From the NCBI GenBank assembly GCA_002104905.1, contig MCFE01000399.1, forward strand, positions 17,366-81,365: a stretch of DNA of 64,000 nucleotides, given 5' to 3'. A program made the position numbers and the translations under genes. The notes under the pieces were generated by a model. It made no database searches, was not told where the DNA came from, and worked only from the letters and a program-made list of their open reading frames with translations. Of this stretch, positions 56,357 to 64,000 are shown one piece after another. Each line of letters starts with the position of its first letter. The first letter of the stretch is position 1. Source of the DNA: Basidiobolus meristosporus CBS 931.73. Its lineage: Eukaryota; Fungi; Basidiobolomycota.

Positions 56357-57391
56357 ATGATTCAACTCGCTCTTCTCTCTCTCTTTGTGGCCACTGTAGC
56401 AGGTCAAGGCAGGACAACTGGTCTTCAGGCGTTCAATCCGCACCAGCTAAGACATAACGTCCGCAGTCTCTACCTGTTGATGGACAATCCTACTGGTGCA
56501 GACTTCACCTGTGCCAGATGGAACTTCGGGACTGGGATAGCTCATCAGAAATCCAAGAACAAGCCAGGATGGGAGATGCAATGCTACGCAAGCCATTACT
56601 GCGGCTCAACATTTGGGCTGTTCAACCACGTCTACTGCAAGGACTGGTACCCAAGCACCTTCTACGACGATTACACCGCGTGGAGTGTGTTGCCAGCACA
56701 TAAGGCCAAGAGCGAGAAGCTTCTCGTTTACATGGATAATAGGCTGGGGAATCGTTGGGCCTTCGGGTTGAACAACTGTATTAGCACAGTGCTATTCCCA
56801 GTGTTTGGCAATGACAAGAACAACCCAGGGAAGGACCTGTTCTACGCCGTGCAGCTGACTCCCACATTTGTAGAGCAGGTGGCTAAGCACTCGTCGGTCA
56901 AGCCCAGCTACAACTCGGGAAGACGTTGCGCAAGTTCATCAGATGTTTTACTCGAGGTGGATATGACCTGTGCCATCAGTTATGTCCATGCAAGTCCTTA
57001 CTTCCTGAGCAAGCCCATCTCATCATGCTTCAAATTCCAGCCCTCGAGTGTGCTCCCATCCAGATCCGGCGTCAACTACCTCACGTACGAGACAAAGGAC
57101 TTTGCCAAGATACTGAGTGATGAGTATGGAGTGGAGTTGCAGTACACTGACCTGGTTACAGAGATCCCTGACAGTGAGATTGTGACATTCCTCGGCAGCA
57201 AAGTTCTCAAGGAGGTGCCATTTGTAGGTGGACTACTTGCTGCGGGCTTTACTAAGGTCTACAAGCATTTTGCGGATCCCAAGAAAGTAAAGGAGGTGCT
57301 GATGTCAGAGTTCAAGGTCGATGTGGACGAGTCAGCACTGAAAGCAGCCCTTGCGGAGTTATCTCAACTCGGATTATTGAGAGAACCCTAG
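56357..57391 (+). CDS. Secreted hypothetical protein, 344 aa, intronless, last host gene before the telomeric array
   Basis: ATG ORF with signal peptide MIQLALLSLFVATVAG, a Cys/Trp/Tyr-rich N-terminal domain and a helical C-terminal domain. No family recognised. Confidence 0.75.
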   Translation: MIQLALLSLFVATVAGQGRTTGLQAFNPHQLRHNVRSLYLLMDNPTGADFTCARWNFGTGIAHQKSKNKPGWEMQCYASHYCGSTFGLFNHVYCKDWYPSTFYDDYTAWSVLPAHKAKSEKLLVYMDNRLGNRWAFGLNNCISTVLFPVFGNDKNNPGKDLFYAVQLTPTFVEQVAKHSSVKPSYNSGRRCASSSDVLLEVDMTCAISYVHASPYFLSKPISSCFKFQPSSVLPSRSGVNYLTYETKDFAKILSDEYGVELQYTDLVTEIPDSEIVTFLGSKVLKEVPFVGGLLAAGFTKVYKHFADPKKVKEVLMSEFKVDVDESALKAALAELSQLGLLREP

Positions 57392-58295
57392 AGTAAACTA
57401 ATCGTTATACTCATATGGCGGTTGAGAACTCCTGAAAAATTGGATTTTTTATTCCTGTGTGCCAATAAAAGAATTATCTAGTTCATTCATGCATCACAAT
57501 TCCCATATGTATTTCTGTTACTAACAATCATGTACCTAGTAAGCGATCCAAGTGGGTGGTATGGGTTGTAAACCCTATGAGACCCATTCAAAAGTGATAT
57601 CTAAAAATCAAACAATTGATTGATCTTATCTCAATTAGCTTTTAGCAACAGATCTACATCCCATGTTTAAATATGTAGCTGACAGTTCTTCCTTCCGTAA
57701 ACGTAACCCTATTTAACTACAGCCTGAGGGCGGGAGAAAAACGCCAATTGCAGAAATCTCCATTTCAACTGAAGCAGGGTAGCCGGAGTAACATTTACAA
57801 TTTATTTAGGAATATGGCTAGGATTCTTATACTATTTGGTTGAGAAAAAAATAACATATGAGTGCCAAGCAATGTAGAGCAATGTTATATATATACAATG
57901 GAAAAACTGGCCGCAAATTAATGCAATAACTAATACATCTGTTTTATCAAGTGAAATTATTGTGTTTCCCACCTATATTGTTCATGCTGTTATAATTTTG
58001 TAATTCCACCAAAATATTCACCTAACTTGGTCACTTTGATCTTTGTCTACAGACCTTAGAGAATTCCGGCCAAATTCTTTGTTGGCATTTACTTGGAATA
58101 TTCTGATCAAAATATCGGATGCCTGGAGTATGAGAAATCTGTGGGTTGTCCAAGCAGCCCAAAACTTTACACACATGCTCTTGAGACCTGCTAGAGCATA
58201 CACAATGAGCATATTTTACCCATACTTTGTAAAAGTGTGAATACTCCTACACATTCAGTAAATCATTAAGTAAAAACTGTTGTAAAAATTGTAAT

Positions 58296-58456
58296 TTAGG
58301 GTTAGGGATGAAAGTCACCAAGTGGTGAAATCTTTATTGACTTAAGACAAGTATCTAAAGAAACTAGGTTAACCTGAAGTTACTTAGGGTTAGGGGGAGG
58401 AAAGTCACCAAGTGGTGAAATCCTTATTTACTTTTGACAAGTATTTAGGGTTAGGG
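58296..58456 (+). repeat. Telomeric (TTAGGG)2 tracts at 58296-58307, 58384-58395 and 58445-58456, alternating with 49-76 bp element 3' stubs
   Basis: Read directly from the sequence. Confidence 0.9.
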
Positions 58457-58580
58457 GGAGGGAAAGTCACCAAGGTAGGTGAAATCTTTATTTGATTTCA
58501 GACAAGTCTAACTACAAATAAAGAAGCCAGCTGGCAATAGAAGGTTCCCAAAGTAAACACTATGTTGAATATGAATAAAT

Positions 58581-59309
58581 CTAAGCTAAAGTTAAGGCAG
58601 TATCCCAGAGTACACTGGAGTTCAGGTTCATGGGGGAGTGAAGCAGATAAGCTTGAGAGATATAATAATCTTTGAGGAAGTGGGTAACAGCAGGTGAAGG
58701 GGAGTTTTTGATAAGTGAAGTGAATCTTGAGAGCAGAGATTCCTCTAGTGAGAAGGTCTTGTAAACTGGAGAATCGGGAAACTCTTTGAAGGCATGGTCA
58801 GTAGGTTCCCAGTAAAACTGGTCAGAGACATTTTGAGAGAACTCTTTAGCAATACTTTTGTCAAGTACTACCTCCAGAGTGTGATGGTTGATAAATCTCA
58901 TGTTTACAATCTTGGATAAATTGTAACCTTGTTGCTTGAGATACATCCTATGCTCAGATATAGGAATAAACTCCACATTGGCAAAGTAGCAGACATCCCA
59001 GTCAGCAGCAGGAGGCAAATTGGAAGTGGCAGGAAACTTTCTTTTAGTCTTGGGAGGAGCAGCAGGATGTCTTGAGGAAGCAGGAACAGGCTTTTTGACA
59101 GCTTCAGAGTAGGAAGGGTGAGCAGGAGCAGATGATTCTTGGGGAGTCTTGTTGACAGGAAGAGTTGGCACAGGGACAATAGATTCTTGCAGATCAGAAA
59201 AGGCAGAAAACAGCTTTTGAACTTGTTTCTTGAGTAAAGCATTTTCAGCTTCAACAAGTGCCAGCCTTTCCTCAAGGAAGGAAATCTGAAGGGAATGGAG
59301 GGAAGGCAT
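58581..59309 (-). CDS. ORF1/Gag-like protein of the non-autonomous telomeric unit, 242 aa from the ATG
   Basis: N-terminal coiled coil (LEERLALVEAENALLKKQVQKL), Pro-rich linker with PSYSEAVKK, and an RRM-like region (YFANVEFIPISEHRMYLKQQGYNLSKIVNMRFINHHTLEVVL). The architecture is typical of non-LTR ORF1 proteins. Confidence 0.7.
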   Translation of the reverse strand: MPSLHSLQISFLEERLALVEAENALLKKQVQKLFSAFSDLQESIVPVPTLPVNKTPQESSAPAHPSYSEAVKKPVPASSRHPAAPPKTKRKFPATSNLPPAADWDVCYFANVEFIPISEHRMYLKQQGYNLSKIVNMRFINHHTLEVVLDKSIAKEFSQNVSDQFYWEPTDHAFKEFPDSPVYKTFSLEESLLSRFTSLIKNSPSPAVTHFLKDYYISQAYLLHSPMNLNSSVLWDTALTLA

Positions 59310-59613
59310 AAGAAATAAGAAGAAGAGGGTAGGATAGGGTGGGTGGGTGGCAAAATTAGCAGGGAGAAGAGAAGGAAGGAGCAAAAATTCCAGAAGTCAG
59401 AATTTATAGATGGATGGACAAGGGTAGATGGATGGATTATTCCTGGGTTAGGAAAATTAGCAGGGAGAAGAGAAGGAAGGGCTAGGGGGGGAGGAAAGGG
59501 TTAGGGGAGGGAAAGTCACCAAGTTGGTGAAATCTTTATTTGAGGGTTAGGGGGGGGGGAGACAGTCACCAACAGGTGAAATCTTTATTTCAGTTGAAAC
59601 AAAGAAGACAGCG

Positions 59614-61750
59614 CTACTGTTGTAGCTTTGATACAAGAGTGTGTAGCTGAGGGGAATTTGTAGGTAAGTTAATAAGAAGTGATGATAGTTCTTCAGTGCT
59701 CAAGACACTGTTCAGTGGGAAGGGGGGTAGCAAGAGAGGTAAGAATGACTTGTGAACAACATTAATGAGGGGAATGTGAGAAGGATTGATATTCATCATA
59801 AAGGGAGTGTGCTGCTGCAGATATTGCTGCCAAAGGTCTGTCAAGTACTTCAGGTAGGCCAGCTTGGGTTTTTCTGACTGCAGAATATAGTGAGCAAACT
59901 TCTTGACTTCAGGATCTCCAAGTATAGTTCTCCAGCAGGAGCCAGGTGTAGTGTGGTGTGTTCTCTTCCAGGCCTTAATCAGTGGGTTGTTGCAGTTGTG
60001 AAGTCTGAGGTATAATCTGGTTCTAAGGTAGAGAAGTCTGATCTTATAGGGCATAAACCCAAAAGCACCAAGAATAGCATGTCTGTAGTGGCATTCAGGC
60101 AAATGAGGCACCAAGGAGGTAATGCACCATACTGCAAACTTGTCAAGCTTAGTGCAGTCTCTAGAAGTAAGAGAGAGAAGTGGTAAGCCAAATTCCAGGA
60201 CAGGGAAGACAAACTGCTTGAGTAGAAGGAGGCAGCTGGGAGCTGAAGTTGTAGGAGGAGTTACAGCCAGTAGCTTGTGGAGTGCCTGTCTTGCCAGGAT
60301 AATTCTCTTCTTCAGGTGTGCTCCAGAGTCTAGTCCAGCAGGAAGGAAAGGAAAGCCAAGATATGTAGCAGAAACCTGAGCAGGTAGAGTGGAGTTCTCC
60401 AGGTTGATGGGAGAGCCCAAAGGTACTGTCTTTGCAATGGAAAGCTGGAGATTATTCTTCTGCAGATACTGGTGGATGGTCTGGGAGTCTTGTTGCACAT
60501 TGGAGGAGGATATTCTGATGTCATCAGCAAAGAGAGTAACCAGGCAGTCAGCTGAGAGTCTTGGGAAATCATTCAGGAAGATGGCAAACAGTATAGGACC
60601 AAGCACAGAGCCTTGAACCACTCCATTAGGAACTGAGAACACAGCTGATTGCTCACTTGGGTGCAGAATTCTTGCTTGTGGATCCAGAAACAGAGACCTG
60701 ACAAGGAGGGTGAGAGAGGTACTGGAGAAGCATTGCAACTTGGACCAAAGCAGATTTCTGTCAACTGAATCAAAGGCCTTAGTAATATCAAACAGAACTG
60801 AGGGATACTTGCACTGGAGAGAGTGATCTTGGCTAAGTATGACTGCATATTCCAAGGAGAGGCCAGGAACAAAGCCAAACTGTGCAGGATGAAACTTGAG
60901 GGAGTCAGAGTAGAGCTCCTGAGCAAGCAGAAGCTCAAACACCTTTCTGCAGGTGGGCAGCAGAGATATTGGCCTGTAGGAGCTAGGATCCAGGTGCTTT
61001 CCTTTACCCTTGTACAGTGGCAGAACATTTGCAAAGGACCATTCCTCAGGAGTAGAAAGCTGGGCTGAGCATTGTTGAAACAGTGGAAGCAGAAGTGCAG
61101 ACATGGCCTTGGTACTAGTCTTCAGAAGCTCATAAGAGATTGTGTCCACACCTGGAGCAGTAGAGTTGGGAAGTCTCTTGAGCACATTATGGATTCTCCC
61201 TTGATCAAGTGCCAGTGGGATGGGCAGAGTCTTGAAGTCAGGATGAAAGCCAGGAGTTGAGTACTGCTTTGTAGAGAAGAAGATGTTAGCCAGCTGTTCT
61301 GTTGAAGGTAACTTCCTGGAAGAGGGCCTCATTGCCCTGTAGAGTCTTGATACTGTTCTTGTTATAGAGTTGGAAGATTGCAGAGGCAAAGAACTCATAA
61401 TATGATCCCAGAGCTGAGTGTGCAGAGAGTGGTGAATTGCCTTGGAGTGGTGTATTGCTGTCAGGAGGAGTTTCTCTGTTTTTGGGTTAGGGAAACTCAC
61501 GTAGCTTTGTTGCAGGGCTGAAACAATGGATTCCCATTTTCTTGAGGTAACAGCAGTAGTCTTGCATGGCAGTGAGAGGGAGGCAGACACCAGAATCAGA
61601 TGCTTCACAAAGAGCCAGGCATAGTTGAGATCATCTGGCAGAGAAAGTAGCAAACTGGCAAGCTTCAAGTAGTTCCCAAAGTCTTTCTTCTGATTCTTAG
61701 TAGCTTTGTGGGTGAGCACAGTAAGTTTTGGCAGCTTCTTCTTCACAACT
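59614..61750 (-). CDS. LINE-type reverse transcriptase, copy 1, 5'-truncated at telomeric repeats, frame intact
   Basis: APGVDTISYELLK, WSFANVLPLYKG, YRPISLL, QFGF, DITKAFDSVDR, GVVQGSVLGPILF, FADD, YLGF. The MVTVSPNPNPNP start in the ORF track is read-through of the neighbouring unit and telomeric repeats. Confidence 0.95.
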
Positions 61751-61771
61751 GGGTTAGGGTTAGGGTTAGGG
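61751..61771 (+). repeat. Telomeric repeat tract GGG(TTAGGG)3; shorter tracts at 59445-59452, 59498-59506, 59544-59552 and 61930-61938
   Basis: Read directly from the sequence; G-rich strand on +, consistent with a right-hand chromosome end. Confidence 0.92.
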
Positions 61772-61932
61772 GAGACAGTCACCAACAGGTGAAATCTTTA
61801 TTTCAGTTGAAACAAAGAAGCCAGCGCTACTGTTGTAGCTTTGATACAAGAGTGTGTAGCTGAGGGGAATTTGTAGGTAAGTTAATAAGAAGTGATGATA
61901 GTTCTTCAGTGCTCAAGACACTGTTCAGTGGG
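61772..61932 (-). mobile_element. About 160-bp 3'-terminal stub of the RT element
   Basis: Near-identical to 59559-59719; ends at an internal GGG followed by TTAGGG. Confidence 0.92.
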
Positions 61933-61995
61933 TTAGGGGGGAGACAGTCACCAACAGGTGAAATCTTTATTTCAGTTGAAACAAAGAAGCCAGTG

Positions 61996-64000
61996 CTACT
62001 GTTGTAGCTTTGATACAAGAGTGTGTAGCTGAGGGGAATTTGTAGGTAAGTTAATAAGAAGTGATGATAGTTCTTCAGTGCTCAAGACACTGTTCAGTGG
62101 GAAGGGGGGTAGCAAGAGAGGTAAGAATGACTTGTGAACAACATTAATGAGGGGAATGTGATAAGGGTTGATATTCATCATAAAGGGAGTGTGCTGCTGC
62201 AGATATTGCTGCCAAAGGTCTGTCAAGTACTTCAGGTAGGCCAGCTTGGGTTTTTCTGACTGCAGAATATAGTGTGCAAACTTCTTGACTTCAGGATCTC
62301 CAAGTATAGTTCTCCAGCAGGAGCCAGGTGTTGTGAGGTGTGTTCTCTTCCAGGCCTTAATCAGTGGGTTGTTGCAGTTGTGAAGTCTGAGGTATAATCT
62401 GGTTCTAAGGTAGAGAAGTCTGATCTTATAGGGCATAAACCCAAAAGCACCAAGAATAGCATGTCTGTAGGGGCATTCAGGCAAATGAGGCACCAAGGAG
62501 GTAATGCACCATACTGCAAACTTGTCAAGCTTAGTGCAGTCTCTAGAAGTAAGAGAGAGAAGTGGTAAGCCAAATTCCAGGACAGGGAAGACAAACTGCT
62601 TGAGTAGAAGGAGGCAGCTGGGAGCTGAAGTTGTAGGAGGAGTAACAGCCAGTAGCTTGTGGAGTGCCTGTCTTGCCAGGATAATTCTCTTCTTCAGGTG
62701 TGCTCCAGAGTCTAGTCCAGTAGGAAGGAAAGGAAAGCCAAGATATGTAGCAGAAACCTGAGCAGGTAGAGTGGAGTTCTCCAAGTTGATGGGAGAGCCC
62801 AAAGGTACTGTCTTTGCAATGGAAAGCTGGAGATTATTCTTCTGCAGATACTGGTGGATGGTCTGGGAGTCTTGTTGCACATTGGAGGAGGATATTCTGA
62901 TGTCATCAGCAAAGAGAGTAACCAGGCAGTCAGCTGAGAGTCTTGGGAAATCATTCAGGAAGATGGCAAACAGTATAGGACCAAGCACAGAGCCTTGAAC
63001 CACTCCATTAGGAACTGAGAACACAGCTGATTGCTCACTTGGGTGCAGAATTCTTGCTTGTGGATCCAGAAACAGAGACCTGACAAGGAGGGTGAGAGAG
63101 GTACTGGAGAAGCATTGCAACTTGGACCAAAGCAGATTTCTGTCAACTGAATCAAAGGCCTTAGTAATATCAAACAGAACAGAGGGATACTTGCACTGGA
63201 GAGAGTGATCTTGGCTAAGTATGACTGCATATTCCAAGGAGAGGCCAGGAACAAAGCCAAACTGTGCAGGATGAAACTTGAGGGAGTCAGAGTAGAGCTC
63301 CTGAGCAAGCAGAAGCTCAAACACCTTTCTGCAGGTGGGCAGCAGAGATATTGGCCTGTAGGAGCTAGGATCCAGGTGCTTTCCTTTACCCTTGTACAGT
63401 GGCAGAACATTTGCAAAGGACCATTCCTCAGGAGTAGAAAGCTGGGCTGAGCATTGCTGAAACAGTGGAAGCAGAAGTGCAGACATGGCCTTGGTACTAG
63501 TCTTCAGAAGCTCATAAGAGATTGTGTCCACACCTGGAGCAGTAGAGTTGGGAAGCCTCTTGAGCACATTATGGATTCTCCTTTGATCAAGTGCAAGTGG
63601 GATGGGCAGAGTCTTGAAGTCAGGATGAAAGCCAGGAGTTGAGTACTGCTTTGTAGAGAAGAAGATGTTAGCCAGCTGTTCTGTTGAAGGTAACTTCCTG
63701 GAAGAGGGCCTCATTGCCCTGTAGAGTCTTGATACTGTTCTTGTTATAGAGTTGGAAGATTGCAGAGGCAAGGAACTCATAATATGATCCCAGAGCTGAG
63801 TATGCAGAGTGTGGTGAATTGCCTTGGAGTGGTGTATTGCTGTCAGGAGGAGTTTCTCTGTTTTTGGGTTAGGGAAACTCAGGTAGCTTTGTTGCAGGGC
63901 TGAAACAATGGATTCCCATTTTCTTGAGGTAACAGCAGTAGTCTTGCATGGCAGTGAGAGGGAGGCAGACACCAGAATCAGATGCTTCACAAAGAGCCAG
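61996..64000 (-). CDS. LINE-type reverse transcriptase, copy 2, continues beyond the window
   Basis: Same motifs as copy 1; 7 amino-acid differences counted over the 664 shared residues; no stops or frameshifts. Confidence 0.95.
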   Translation of the reverse strand, partial: WLFVKHLILVSASLSLPCKTTAVTSRKWESIVSALQQSYLSFPNPKTEKLLLTAIHHSKAIHHTLHTQLWDHIMSSLPLQSSNSITRTVSRLYRAMRPSSRKLPSTEQLANIFFSTKQYSTPGFHPDFKTLPIPLALDQRRIHNVLKRLPNSTAPGVDTISYELLKTSTKAMSALLLPLFQQCSAQLSTPEEWSFANVLPLYKGKGKHLDPSSYRPISLLPTCRKVFELLLAQELYSDSLKFHPAQFGFVPGLSLEYAVILSQDHSLQCKYPSVLFDITKAFDSVDRNLLWSKLQCFSSTSLTLLVRSLFLDPQARILHPSEQSAVFSVPNGVVQGSVLGPILFAIFLNDFPRLSADCLVTLFADDIRISSSNVQQDSQTIHQYLQKNNLQLSIAKTVPLGSPINLENSTLPAQVSATYLGFPFLPTGLDSGAHLKKRIILARQALHKLLAVTPPTTSAPSCLLLLKQFVFPVLEFGLPLLSLTSRDCTKLDKFAVWCITSLVPHLPECPYRHAILGAFGFMPYKIRLLYLRTRLYLRLHNCNNPLIKAWKRTHLTTPGSCWRTILGDPEVKKFAHYILQSEKPKLAYLKYLTDLWQQYLQQHTPFMMNINPYHIPLINVVHKSFLPLLLPPFPLNSVLSTEELSSLLINLPTNSPQLHTLVSKLQQ

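Larger units (their letters stand above)
58296..64000 (-). mobile_element. Tandem telomeric retroelement array, at least 8 units separated by TTAGGG tracts
   Basis: Units start after TTAGGG tracts at about 58308, 58396, 58457, 59487, 59507, 59553, 61772 and 61939. All but the 59487 stub carry the GTCACC-loop-GGTGAAATC(T/C)TTATT motif. All are in the same orientation. Confidence 0.92.

Noticed and set aside
58018-58240. Short ORFs just proximal to the array as a further element protein
   Set aside because: Under 70 aa, with no recognisable motif or similarity to ORF1 or RT.
58308-58490. CRISPR-like array of hairpin repeats with spacers
   Set aside because: Eukaryotic context, irregular spacing, spacers homologous to each other, no cas genes; explained as retroelement 3' ends.
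59553-59620. Hammerhead ribozyme at the element terminus, as in Penelope-like elements and terminons
   Set aside because: No CUGANGA core on either strand next to the GAAA; only a simple 5-bp hairpin is present.
61751-61785. N-terminal MVTVSPNPNPNP as a real RT start, and the 63-aa ORF at 61827-62018
   Set aside because: Both are read-through of the neighbouring unit's terminus and telomeric repeats from non-ATG starts.
59614-64000. Classifying the element as a Penelope-like (Coprina/Athena) or LTR element
   Set aside because: RT motifs are LINE-type. The 160-bp duplication is a 3' stub bounded by TTAGGG, not an LTR or pseudo-LTR; no integrase, protease or PBS is present.

Overview
Gene-dense, intron-rich region of an early-diverging (non-Dikarya) fungus. 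The lineage is inferred from fungal SEC23/BRO1/CCR4/ARO4-type genes occurring alongside MTRR, a GTP-type PEPCK, a Kv channel and an INTS10-like gene; Zoopagomycota (Basidiobolus-like) is plausible but not proven. About 22 host genes fill 0.3-57.4 kb. From 58,296 to the window edge the sequence appears to run into a right-hand chromosome end. It is a head-to-tail array of at least 8 retroelement units, all on the minus strand with 5' ends pointing outward, separated by short TTAGGG tracts. There are two unit types: an ORF1/Gag-like-only element and a LINE-type reverse-transcriptase element, present as two ~99% identical copies plus a 160-bp stub. Both types share one 3'-terminal signal (G-run, TCACC-loop-GGTGA hairpin, AATCTTTATTT) instead of a poly(A) tail, and the array is almost free of CpG. 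This looks like a HeT-A/TART-like bipartite telomere-appended retroelement system working alongside telomerase in a fungus, and is the main candidate novelty. Other highlights are an LPMO-like His1 secreted protein, a CBM9-like secreted protein, a subtelomeric secreted orphan and an isolated 31-nt copy of the 18S rRNA 3' end. Exon boundaries and counts were read by eye.
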